A stretch of 63,500 bases of DNA from Kiritimatiellia bacterium (lineage in GTDB: Bacteria; Verrucomicrobiota; Kiritimatiellia; UBA8416; JAWODU01): contig JAWODU010000027.1 of NCBI GenBank assembly GCA_046483125.1, positions 1 through 63,500 of the forward strand, given 5' to 3'. Below the pieces are notes generated by a model. It saw only the letters and a list, made by a program, of their open reading frames with translations. It made no database searches and had not been told where the DNA came from. The position numbers were made by a program, and so were the translations under genes. Shown piece by piece: positions 49,006 through 58,114 of this stretch; position 1 is the first letter of the stretch, and every line of letters starts with the position of its first letter.

Positions 49006-50699
49006 TTTGTAATCTCTTGACCCCAGCAAGGGGTTTCGAATTCGTACCTCTCACTGCCGGGCAGTGATTTGTTGATGGCATCGTATTTTGCCCCCACGTC
49101 CTTCCAGTTACTGAGCCGCACGGTAATACGCCTGCCGCGCGGGTACCGCGATGCCGGAGTGCGCACCCTGTCGCGCATACTCCACATCTGCACATAGGCT
49201 GTCCCCTCCACCGGTGTGCCGTCAAGACGTTTCAAGTCAACGAGAATTACGGAAAAGATATGATCACGGTATGGAACACTCTCGGGGCGGGGAACGGGCG
49301 AGGTATCCAGTATCGTTCCGGAGAGAACTGCCGTTGTTCCCGATTCAGGCCGGAACAGGTCCGAAGAACCCGGTTCACCCGATTCCATGGGTATTATCTC
49401 CCAGTCACCGACAGTAAGTTCACGGGCGGCGAATTCCCATATTACAATGATCTTACCCTCCAGCCGGTCACGCCCTGCCGCCAGTTCCCGGCTCAGAATC
49501 CGCCGTGTCGCATGCGAGCCGGCGTCGTTCTGAACAATGCGGTCAAGCGGGAGCCGCAGATGATAACTGAGCTGTTCGGCAAAACCCGCGCTTTCTCCCC
49601 ATCCCATCGGCTCCAGCGAGTAGACGTTGCTGAAGCTGTCCCCCAGGAGAAGTATCTTCGAGTCCAACGACGGGCTCCAGAGCAGGTTTCCGCCGACCGG
49701 TTGTATATCGATTTCACGCTCCGGGTAAAGCGTCTGGCCATCCGGCAGATTGAGCATTGCAGCGATGTCGCCGATGTTGGAGACGGTCCGGATCCCTCGT
49801 TCGTAGATGCGGTTTCCCCGGCCGAGCCCGGCACGTTCACGCAGAAACGAAGCCAGGTCCTTCGCGACCGCGTCCATCGCCTGAGGCGTCCAGTGCGTAT
49901 CGGCGGGCAGGAACTGGTTTTCCCCGGTTCGCAGTTTGCGCTCTACCAGGAGAGGAGCCGGATCGTATGCCCACACTCCCGCCGTTTCAAGCCTGTTCGT
50001 GAACGATTCAAACGAGAGATTCCGCACGGGGTGGTCACAGCCGGCGAAACGGCGGGAGAATTTCCCGGGATGCACGGCGGCCTTCCCGGGGGCCGGAACA
50101 ACAACCAGTTGAATACCGTGTTTTGAGAGCCTCTCGTGAAAGTCCAGAACGGCGCGGACGGGATCCGGCTGTGGGGGCGGTGTGTATTCATTGCCCTCGG
50201 TCGCGCGCTTCGCCAGGTGAAACTCCCCGAGAAACGGGGGACCGCTTGCGTAATCGATTGAGGGACGGAAAAAGAGCCAGCCGTCCCGGCCGACATAGGC
50301 CTTTTCGTTTCCGTGGCCGAATACGCTTACCATTACATATTGCGCCGGCCCGAGCAGGGTCCTGCCCATAAGGGACCGTTCCTCGAGTGTGTCTTCGTAC
50401 CCGTTGATCGACTTTAGAAGTGCCGCGTTTGCCTTGAGCGTTTTCCTGAAAACGTTATCGCCGGTCTCCCTGAAGACTTTCAGGGCGCCCGGAACCTCCC
50501 GGAAAACGGCCAGGGCCTGAACGGGCGAGCCGGTTCGCAACTCGTAAACAACCTGGCCTACGGGCACCGAAAATACTGCCAGCAGAAAGAGCGCGACCAG
50601 TACGGCCGAAGCCGGACGCGAGATTTCGGTATGGCCGATCTCAAGTTTCGCGATGTCTTCACGTGTCAGTTTTGTTTTATTCTGTTTCATTTCGGACAT
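49002..50699 (-). CDS. Membrane-anchored AlgJ-like SGNH O-acetyltransferase with an extra C-terminal domain
   Basis: N-terminal TM, GRDGWLF, DTHWT, GDSFS, IWEFAARE. Confidence 0.85.
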   Translation of the reverse strand: MSEMKQNKTKLTREDIAKLEIGHTEISRPASAVLVALFLLAVFSVPVGQVVYELRTGSPVQALAVFREVPGALKVFRETGDNVFRKTLKANAALLKSINGYEDTLEERSLMGRTLLGPAQYVMVSVFGHGNEKAYVGRDGWLFFRPSIDYASGPPFLGEFHLAKRATEGNEYTPPPQPDPVRAVLDFHERLSKHGIQLVVVPAPGKAAVHPGKFSRRFAGCDHPVRNLSFESFTNRLETAGVWAYDPAPLLVERKLRTGENQFLPADTHWTPQAMDAVAKDLASFLRERAGLGRGNRIYERGIRTVSNIGDIAAMLNLPDGQTLYPEREIDIQPVGGNLLWSPSLDSKILLLGDSFSNVYSLEPMGWGESAGFAEQLSYHLRLPLDRIVQNDAGSHATRRILSRELAAGRDRLEGKIIVIWEFAARELTVGDWEIIPMESGEPGSSDLFRPESGTTAVLSGTILDTSPVPRPESVPYRDHIFSVILVDLKRLDGTPVEGTAYVQMWSMRDRVRTPASRYPRGRRITVRLSNWKDVGAKYDAINKSLPGSERYEFETPCWGQEITK

Positions 50700-52165
50700 C
50701 AGAAAATGAAGTAAATAAACGGGTTAAAAGCCTGCGTGGTGAGCACTACAACGGCGGTAACAAAGAGAAACAGAATCGCGGCCGCTTTGGGAAACGTAAG
50801 CCTCCGGGTGAAGTCCCAGGTCTGCGGGCACCCCCATGTGACTGCCGCGGCAACCACCAGCCAGAACAGATAGTATGGCTGGTAGATCAGTCCCGAAATA
50901 AGCAAGGACCCTTCCTGTACACCGCCCAGGCCCAGCATTGAGCCGCAGTAGGCGAGCGCCCGGTCAAGGGTCTCGGCGCGGAAGAAAACCCACGCGAAGC
51001 ACACGATAAGGAAAGTAATCAACACCTTCAGCGGCCGCGGGAAAGTGTGATACAGGCTCTTTTTCCCACGGGTTCTTTCAAAGGCAAGCATGGCGGCGTG
51101 TATACTCCCCCAGATCAGGAAATTCCACGAGGCGCCGTGCCAGAGTCCCCCCAGAACCATTACCGTGGCCAGGTTAACATAGGTGCGGGAAGTGCCTCTC
51201 CTGTTGCCGCCCAGCGGAATATAGAGATAATCCCGTAGCCACCTGGAGAGAGAAATGTGCCAGCGCTGCCAGAATTCCGTGATGGACTGCGATATATACG
51301 GCGAGTCGAAATTCTTCGGAAAAACGAATCCGAGCATCAGCCCAAGACCGATAGCCATGTCCGAATATCCGCTGAAATCGAAGTAAATCTGAAAAGCGTA
51401 GCTGATCGCGCCCGCCCAGGAGTCAACCAGGCCCGCGGCGCCCGCGTCAAATACCATGTCCGCGACCTTGCCGCACGAGTTCGCGAGAAGGACCTTCTTG
51501 GCCAGTCCGCAGGATACAAACGCAACTCCCCGCGCCATCTTCTGCAGGCTGTATGTGCGGCTCTGCAGTTGGTCGGCAAGCTCGTGAAAACGGATAATAG
51601 GACCGGCGACCAACTGCGGAAACATGGACACGTAGCAGGCAAAATCAACGGGGTTGCGAATTGCGCGGGCGTCTCCACGGTAAACATCGATGGAGTAGCT
51701 CATCGACTGGAACGTATAAAAACTGATCCCGAGGGGGAGGGTGATCCGAAACGCCGTCTCCAGCGAGAGGCCGGACAGGCCTATGGCGTTAACCAGTGCG
51801 TCGTAGTTTTCAACGGCAAAATTGAAGTATTTAAAGAAGCCGAGGAGCGAGAGATTGGAGCAGACTGATACGGCCAGCGCAATCTTCTGCCTGCGGGTGC
51901 GGGCGCCCCCGCGGGTCAACCCTCCAACCGGTTTCTTCCAGGAGCGGGCGAACTGTTGCGAGATTATCAGGCCGCAGACATAGTCAACAGCCGTTGAAGT
52001 GAACATCAGAACCATGAACAGGGGGTTCGCCCAGCCGTAGAAGAGATAGCTCAGGAGGGTGAGCAGGGCGTGCTTTCCACGCCGCGGCACAACGTAATAG
52101 AGAAGGAGGGCCGCCGGCAGGAAGTAAAAAAGAAACAGGTGTGAGCTGAAAACCATGGACGACAA
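50699..52165 (-). CDS. algI: MBOAT membrane O-acyltransferase, AlgI/DltB family
   Basis: LPLGISFYTFQ, FPQLVAGPI, DFSGYSD, FWQRWHISLS, GLWHGA, FIYF end. Confidence 0.9.
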   Translation of the reverse strand: MSSMVFSSHLFLFYFLPAALLLYYVVPRRGKHALLTLLSYLFYGWANPLFMVLMFTSTAVDYVCGLIISQQFARSWKKPVGGLTRGGARTRRQKIALAVSVCSNLSLLGFFKYFNFAVENYDALVNAIGLSGLSLETAFRITLPLGISFYTFQSMSYSIDVYRGDARAIRNPVDFACYVSMFPQLVAGPIIRFHELADQLQSRTYSLQKMARGVAFVSCGLAKKVLLANSCGKVADMVFDAGAAGLVDSWAGAISYAFQIYFDFSGYSDMAIGLGLMLGFVFPKNFDSPYISQSITEFWQRWHISLSRWLRDYLYIPLGGNRRGTSRTYVNLATVMVLGGLWHGASWNFLIWGSIHAAMLAFERTRGKKSLYHTFPRPLKVLITFLIVCFAWVFFRAETLDRALAYCGSMLGLGGVQEGSLLISGLIYQPYYLFWLVVAAAVTWGCPQTWDFTRRLTFPKAAAILFLFVTAVVVLTTQAFNPFIYFIF

Positions 52166-52237
52166 ATATCCTCTTCAGGGCGTAGAGCCGCCAGTGAACG
52201 CGAGCAAGCGGCCGGAAGCCGACTGTCGGGGCACAGT

Positions 52238-52266
52238 ATCATGCCGCCCGCGGAATGCAATGTCAA
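52238..52266 (-). promoter_or_regulatory. Putative sigma70 promoter of the algI operon
   Basis: TTGACA-17 bp-CATGAT on the minus strand. Confidence 0.45.
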
Positions 52267-52319
52267 TGTGCCCTCCAGCGCTCCGCCACGCAGGCCGACG
52301 GTGCGGGGGCCCTTAGTCC

Positions 52320-52488
52320 CTAATCTTAATCCTAATCTTCATCTATCCCCCTCCGTCGTCCGTCATCTGTCGTCCGTCATCCGTCCTCTGTTCCGACCTT
52401 CGGCGAACATGGTTCGCCTCCTACATGTACGCGTGAGGACACGCGTTACTACACCTTCCGACGTTGTAGCAACGGGTGTCTCACCCGC
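52320..52488. repeat. Composite element copy 1: (TAATCY)n + (CCGTCNT)n + triple GTAG-REP core
   Basis: Core 52392-52488 is nearly identical to 59717-59814 and 62841-62942. Confidence 0.9.
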
Positions 52489-52541
52489 GGCTCGCATCCC
52501 GAAACTTGCCCTTTGAAAGATATCCGGGTAGAGTCAAGATC

Positions 52542-53252
52542 ATGTCGAAATGGCTGAACTTTTTAGCCGGGTTAGTTGCTTTTTCCGTGTTCGCTTCGAC
52601 AACGGGTGAAAGCGTTGCCGAGAATCAGCGCGAACGGACGCGGGTTGCCTGCGTCGGCGACAGCATCACTTACGGACTGGGAATCCAAAACCGGGCCGAA
52701 AACTGCTACCCCGCGCAACTGGGTCACATGCTGGGCAAGAAGTGGCTTGCAGGGAATTTCGGGGTCAGCGGAGCAACCCTACTCGAAAAGGGACCCAAAC
52801 CGTACCGCGACCTGAAAGCCTTCGATATGGCCCTGAAATTTCAGCCCGATGTTGTTGTCATCATGCTGGGCACGAACGATACAAGTCCCCTGGTCTGGCC
52901 CGAACACAAGGAGGATTTCGTGCCGGATTACGTCAAACTGGTGAAGAGCTTTCAGGAACTGGAAAGCAAGCCGGCCGTCTGGATCTGCTACCCCGCGCCG
53001 ATCTACCCTGGTGAGTGGGGACCCCGTGACAGAATTATTAAAGATGAAATCATACCGCGAATCGACATGATCGCAGAGGAGACGGGGGCGCGCATTATCG
53101 ACCTTTACTCACCGATGAAAGACCGAAGAGAGTTCTTCCCCGACACGGTACACCCCAATGCGGCGGGCGCGAAACGGATCGCTGAAATCGTGGCCGATGT
53201 AATCTCTTCAGAATCCCACGAGAAGGCCGGAACCGGACAGGGAGGAAAATAG
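52542..53252 (+). CDS. GDSL/SGNH esterase (sialate O-acetylesterase-like), exported
   Basis: GDSIT, NFGVSG, LGTND, DTVHP blocks; signal peptide. Confidence 0.9.
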   Translation: MSKWLNFLAGLVAFSVFASTTGESVAENQRERTRVACVGDSITYGLGIQNRAENCYPAQLGHMLGKKWLAGNFGVSGATLLEKGPKPYRDLKAFDMALKFQPDVVVIMLGTNDTSPLVWPEHKEDFVPDYVKLVKSFQELESKPAVWICYPAPIYPGEWGPRDRIIKDEIIPRIDMIAEETGARIIDLYSPMKDRREFFPDTVHPNAAGAKRIAEIVADVISSESHEKAGTGQGGK

Positions 53253-53266
53253 CCGTCTGCAGAAGC

Positions 53267-55336
53267 TTATCCCATTACTTTCCCGGCAAACACGAAGTAG
53301 TAGTTGGCGTCCCGGTCCTCGATGCCGTCCGCAATGGGGTGGCTCATGTAATTGTTCTGCGTAGACCAGAGCCCGAGCTTGAGCCGTACCTTTGTACCTT
53401 TTTCGAGCCGGCCGGGCGGAAGGAGTTTGCCTTCCTGCATAACAAGATGAACGGCGACAAACCTCTTCGAATCAAGCTTGCCGGAGAGTACTTCTTCCGC
53501 GCGGTATTCGATCGTCATCAGCGCTTCCGTGTATGGAGCTATGTCGGCGGCCTTGAGGGGCGTGGAAGTGCGCACGACCACGGCATCCACGATTGCCGCG
53601 ACCTTCTGATCCGCCGGCACCGGTAACTCAACATGAATGTCGTACCGGTGGATGAGGGAGCGCGCCTCGAGTGTCGCGCGAGTCGACGGGTACCCGGCCT
53701 GAAGCCGTTGGAAAATACTGCGAATCCGCGAAATGGCATGGGCATTCGCACGCGCAAAGGCCTGGTCATTCGCCGATTGTTTCGCGCCGCTCGGCCATTT
53801 GAAATCTTTGGCAAGGTCGCGAATCGTCACGTAACCGCCCCAGGCTTCGGCTTCCTTCCGGAACTCGGGATCGTCGCGTAACTCGGCAAATCTCTTCCCG
53901 GCCCTTTTGCCGGGGCTCCGCTCCCTGAAAGCGCCCGCGATCCACTTGTACAGCCTGACTGCTTCGCCGGGGGCCGTTTTTTCCTTGTCCCGCGCGTCTT
54001 TCAGTACCAGTTCAGCCCATTCCTGCAGGGCTTCAAGTTCCCGCCTGGCTTTGCCCGCCCGATCCGGCCTGCTTCTGTCGGCGGCAAGCTGTGCCAGCCG
54101 GCGGACAGCCTGGTCAAGTAACGACTTTTCTTCCAGGACACGCGTATTTGTGTCCAGTACTTCCAGCGTCAGTTTCGGATAGGTTTCTTCGGCTTCTCCG
54201 CCGTCGCCTTCGCCGGAGAACTCCGGGTTATACACCCAGACGTCGGGCCAGCGGTCAAGGGCGTGTCCGCCTTTCTTGTCGACGCCGGGATACCGTCCGC
54301 GATCGTTGAAGGAATAGCGGACGGGGTTCCCCGACGGTCTGCAAGTTTCCGGGTCCCAGGGGAAAAGAAAAATTTCATAGTCCCCGTAGGCGTGGCTGTG
54401 CATGTCCGAGCCGCCGATCGCCAGAAGCGTCATATCCCGGCTGAGCGCCGGAAAGTAGATGTAGTTGTGCCCACGGGGAAGCCTCCTTTTCACCTCGCCC
54501 AGGTCGTGACGCTTCCCGGTCTTCAGGTTAAGCGCCGACAACTGGGAAGCCTTCTCCATCCACACGAGCCAGTCGCCGCGCGAAGAGATGCTTACCTGAC
54601 AGCCTCCAAGCTTGTTGACCCCGTTTACCGTGGGCGTTTCCCCCTCCCGGGCCTCGACCTTCCGGTATCCGGCGCCGCCTCCCTGCGCACAGATAACGTA
54701 CTTGCCGCCGGGAGACAGAATCAGGTTGTTCCTGCCGCAATGCACCAGCTCCCGGCCGATTTTCTCCGAGGCTATATCAAATGCGTAGATTCCTCCCTCG
54801 TCAGGGAGGTTGACATGCACAGTCCGATTGTCACGCCATTCGAAAACATGGTCCTCGCCGGCGCCCCCCACGCGCCCATGCAGTGCCTTGATTTCGCGCG
54901 GCTCACCCGCTTCCAGCGTTCGCGGGTGGATTCCGACAATCCAGGCGTCGAAAGGCGGCGCGGCGTATTCCCCGTTGAAGAGCGTGCGGGTGTTCTCGTC
55001 AAACGTTGAGTTCCACTCCTTGCCCGCAAAAATAACATGACGTCCGTCCGGGGAAATGCGCGGCGCAAAGTGAGCGTAGTTGTCTGCCCCGGGCATGCCG
55101 CTGATCATTGCCAGACCGGTCCCGTCGAGATTACGCTTCCATATACGGTACTTTCTGGCCTTGGTGCCGGTGGGGCGGCGGGACTCCCACACAACAAACC
55201 CCTTCCGCCCGGCGGCGAACTGCTTCATCGCCTCCAGGTGGTTCTTTCCGGCATGATCGGTCGGGCTGAAGGGACCGGCCGATGCAGGCGCTGCTGTCGC
55301 GAGACTGAAAAGGAGAAATGCGGCTGTCTTCTTCAT
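53267..55336 (-). CDS. Secreted TolB-like propeller plus helical domain plus C-terminal domain shared with the AlgJ-like protein
   Basis: VVWESRR, PRISPDG, YFPALS, DYEIF, WPDVW motifs. Confidence 0.7.
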   Translation of the reverse strand: MKKTAAFLLFSLATAAPASAGPFSPTDHAGKNHLEAMKQFAAGRKGFVVWESRRPTGTKARKYRIWKRNLDGTGLAMISGMPGADNYAHFAPRISPDGRHVIFAGKEWNSTFDENTRTLFNGEYAAPPFDAWIVGIHPRTLEAGEPREIKALHGRVGGAGEDHVFEWRDNRTVHVNLPDEGGIYAFDIASEKIGRELVHCGRNNLILSPGGKYVICAQGGGAGYRKVEAREGETPTVNGVNKLGGCQVSISSRGDWLVWMEKASQLSALNLKTGKRHDLGEVKRRLPRGHNYIYFPALSRDMTLLAIGGSDMHSHAYGDYEIFLFPWDPETCRPSGNPVRYSFNDRGRYPGVDKKGGHALDRWPDVWVYNPEFSGEGDGGEAEETYPKLTLEVLDTNTRVLEEKSLLDQAVRRLAQLAADRSRPDRAGKARRELEALQEWAELVLKDARDKEKTAPGEAVRLYKWIAGAFRERSPGKRAGKRFAELRDDPEFRKEAEAWGGYVTIRDLAKDFKWPSGAKQSANDQAFARANAHAISRIRSIFQRLQAGYPSTRATLEARSLIHRYDIHVELPVPADQKVAAIVDAVVVRTSTPLKAADIAPYTEALMTIEYRAEEVLSGKLDSKRFVAVHLVMQEGKLLPPGRLEKGTKVRLKLGLWSTQNNYMSHPIADGIEDRDANYYFVFAGKVMG

Positions 55337-55469
55337 TTGTATTCACCCAAAGAACAATAGCAGGATCGACAGGAACACTTCAAGGGGGGCACAAAACGGC
55401 TTTTTCGCGATTTTTCTGGTGGACAGAGTGAGTGAGGATTAGTAATAGGGCCACTAAATAGTGGCTTTG

Positions 55470-55580
55470 TGGTCATCGTTGTTGTGATCGTCGTCCCGAT
55501 CACTGTCCATTTCTTATCCTTGTCGCGTTCGTCGTCCCGGTCATCGTCGGATCGATATAGACAAGGATCGGGACAAGGAT
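55470..55580. repeat. Degenerate hexamer inverted-repeat tract
   Basis: GTCATC/GTCGTC/CTTGTC units facing GACAAG/GATCGG units. Confidence 0.5.
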
Positions 55581-55658
55581 GGTATTGCCACACGTGCTAC
55601 TGTTTAATGGCCGGAATAATAGTAGTTGTCTGCGCATAGTCAAGCAGGGGGAAAGGAA

Positions 55659-56060
55659 ATGACTGAAAAAGAAAAGCTTTCGGATATGTGCGCTTCGTGT
55701 GACGCGATGTGCTGTAGATACGTGGCGCTTGAATTCGATAAACCCACCTCGAAGTTTGAATACGACCAGGTTCGCTGGTTCCTGATGCACAAGAACGTTT
55801 ACGTCTTCATAGACCACGATGGAAGCTGGTACGTCGAGTTCGCGACCGACTGCGAGAACCTTCAGCCCGACAACAGGTGCGGGGCCTATCAAAAGCGGCC
55901 GGCAATCTGCCGGGAGCACGGTCACGCCGAAAGCGACGCGGACTGCGAGTTTCACGGGGAAGGGGATCCCCACAGGATACGTTTCGGCACAGCGAAGGAA
56001 TTTGAAAACTACCTGGACTCGAAGGGCATAGACTGGCGCTGGAAGCGAATGCCGTGGTGA
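55659..56060 (+). CDS. YkgJ-family CxxCxxCC cysteine-cluster protein
   Basis: CASCDAMCC ... CENL ... CGAYQKRPAICR. Confidence 0.9.
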   Translation: MTEKEKLSDMCASCDAMCCRYVALEFDKPTSKFEYDQVRWFLMHKNVYVFIDHDGSWYVEFATDCENLQPDNRCGAYQKRPAICREHGHAESDADCEFHGEGDPHRIRFGTAKEFENYLDSKGIDWRWKRMPW

Positions 56061-56085
56061 GGGGGTGGACGGAGGACAGATGACG

Positions 56086-56165
56086 GAGGACGGAGGACAG
56101 AGGGAGAGATTAAGATTGGGATTAAGATCGATGTTTAGACAAGATCTACGGGATTTACAGGATCC
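56086..56165. repeat. Heptamer plus hexamer microsatellite (reverse orientation of the composite element flank) and a 9-mer CAGGATTTA-like tract
   Basis: GACGGAG/GACAGAT units, then GATTAAGATTGGGATTAAGAT, then ACGGGATTTACAGGAT. Confidence 0.7.
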
Positions 56166-56217
56166 TAAGAGCACTGCCCGCAACGTCTCTACTGCTCTGC
56201 TCCCCTTGCATCGCGGA

Positions 56218-57090
56218 TCAGATAGCCCCGCCCAGAAACGCGAGCCAGGCATCCCATAGAAACGGTCCCCATAGCACCCATACTATCGCCGCCAACGCAA
56301 GGTAGGGCCCGTAGGGCATCCTGCTCTGCATCCTCTTTGCTCGCAACGCCACCAGCACCATGCCCACAACGGAACCGGCCAGCGATGACAGCATCACCGT
56401 AAAGAGCACCGCGCGCCACCCCAGGAACGCGCCGATGGCTCCCAGGAGCTTTACGTCGCCGAACCCCATGGCCTCCTTCTTGAACGCCAGCCTGCCGAAT
56501 ACGGCTACGAGCCATAGCAGTCCCCATCCGACTCCGGCACCTACCGCGGAAAGGTAAAGGGCGTAAAACCTGTGGCCGGTATTATGAAGCGAGGGCACTG
56601 CAGTGCTCAAAACAAGTCCGGCTATTATGCCGCCGAGGGTGATTCTGTCCGGAATAATCAGGTGTTCGAAATCTATGAAGGTGCCCGCTATCAGCCCTGA
56701 AACGACAAGCCAGTAAACCGGCAGAAGAAGAAAATCCCGCGCCGGTTCAAGGCCCAGGGCCGGTTCAGAAGCCGGGGGCACAAGGGGGAGGAATTTAAGA
56801 TATACCAGCCAGAAAAGAAGCGCCGTGAGCGCTTCAACCACAAAGTAACGCGCGGATATTCTGGCTCCGCAGTATCTGCAGTGCCCGCCGAGAACTACAA
56901 AACTCACAAGCGGTATGTTCCAGTACCATGGTATCTTGCTTTTACAGGCCGGACAGAAGGAGCGGGGGGCTGCCAGTGAAATATCCCGGGGTATCCGGTA
57001 GACACACACGTTCAGAAAACTTCCAATGCACGCGCCGAAGGCAATAGAAACGGCCCCGAAAAAAGAGTGCAGGGGAAAGCCGACGGGCAT
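56218..57090 (-). CDS. pilD: Prepilin peptidase / N-methyltransferase (A24)
   Basis: GSFLNVCVYR, two CxxC pairs, FIDFEH, MGFGDVKL, PYGPYL. Confidence 0.95.
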   Translation of the reverse strand: MPVGFPLHSFFGAVSIAFGACIGSFLNVCVYRIPRDISLAAPRSFCPACKSKIPWYWNIPLVSFVVLGGHCRYCGARISARYFVVEALTALLFWLVYLKFLPLVPPASEPALGLEPARDFLLLPVYWLVVSGLIAGTFIDFEHLIIPDRITLGGIIAGLVLSTAVPSLHNTGHRFYALYLSAVGAGVGWGLLWLVAVFGRLAFKKEAMGFGDVKLLGAIGAFLGWRAVLFTVMLSSLAGSVVGMVLVALRAKRMQSRMPYGPYLALAAIVWVLWGPFLWDAWLAFLGGAI

Positions 57091-57106
57091 ATATAAACCT
57101 CCTGTT

Positions 57107-57967
57107 CTAGTTACGGTTTCCGTAAACTTCGTTTTCCAGGGCCCGGCGCATTTCCTCTACCGGCGGCTCAACGTCTGTCCATATTTGAAAGGCCCTGGCG
57201 CCCTGATGCAGAAGCATGCCCAGACCGTTCGAGACCCGGGCTCCCGAGGCGTCGGCCTCCTTCATGAAACGCGTCATCGGATAAATGTAGATAAGGTCAA
57301 ATGCCAACTGGCCTTCGTGAAATCCGTCCCGGGGAACCAGAACGGGGTCGTCCGGTTTCATGCCGACAGGCGTGGCCTGGATTACCACGTCGCTCCGGCG
57401 GCAGGCTTTACACAGCTTTTCGGGTTCCGATGGGCAGAGAATTACGTCCCGCCGCCCGGTTTCGGAAGCAACCTTGCGGGCGCGTTCGGGGTCCGCGTCG
57501 GAAAGGGTCATTTTCCCGCATTCTGCCGACGCGCAGGTCAACGCCACGGTTCTTCCCGCGCCGCCGGTACCGATAACGAGCACGGATTTACCCTCTACGC
57601 TTCTTTGGAAAGCTTCGTCAAAGGCCTGGAGAAATCCGTAACTGTCGGTGTTGTGCGCCTTCAGATTCCCGCCCCCGAGAAACTGCACGGTGTTGACCGC
57701 CCGGAACATTTTCGAAGAAGCGTCATGATCTCTGAGCCCTTCAAACGCCGTCTGCTTGAGAGGTACGGTAAGATTAACGCCCCCGAAGCCCATGTCGGCC
57801 ATGCTCGGGAGAACACTAATCAGACGATCCGGCGCCACGTCAAAAGCCATGTATACCGCGTCCATGCCGAGAGCCTGAAAGGCCGCGTTATGCATCACCG
57901 GCGAAAGGGTGTGGCCGATAGGATGCCCCAGTACTGCATAAGGCTTTGTGTGACCGGACAAGTTCAT
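57107..57967 (-). CDS. aroE: Shikimate dehydrogenase
   Basis: HTLSPVMHN, NLTVPLK, AVNT, NTD, GTGGAG, GMLLHQG. Confidence 0.95.
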   Translation of the reverse strand: MNLSGHTKPYAVLGHPIGHTLSPVMHNAAFQALGMDAVYMAFDVAPDRLISVLPSMADMGFGGVNLTVPLKQTAFEGLRDHDASSKMFRAVNTVQFLGGGNLKAHNTDSYGFLQAFDEAFQRSVEGKSVLVIGTGGAGRTVALTCASAECGKMTLSDADPERARKVASETGRRDVILCPSEPEKLCKACRRSDVVIQATPVGMKPDDPVLVPRDGFHEGQLAFDLIYIYPMTRFMKEADASGARVSNGLGMLLHQGARAFQIWTDVEPPVEEMRRALENEVYGNRN

Positions 57968-58114
57968 AAACATGTGAAATACTGTCAAACACAGGCGAAC
58001 AGGTCAAAAACTATTGTTGCGCAGATGAACAACACAAGACCGGTAGGCGCCGGTCTCCGGGATACGCCACAACGGCGTACTTTGCCCCGCCGTCAGGTTA
58101 ACCCAAAAGATCCT

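Noticed and set aside
52241-52516. Small ORF family containing RPSANMVRLLHVRVRTRVTTPS (also 59559-59834, 62725-63027)
   Set aside because: Translation of the REP core; the variation preserves base pairing rather than codons
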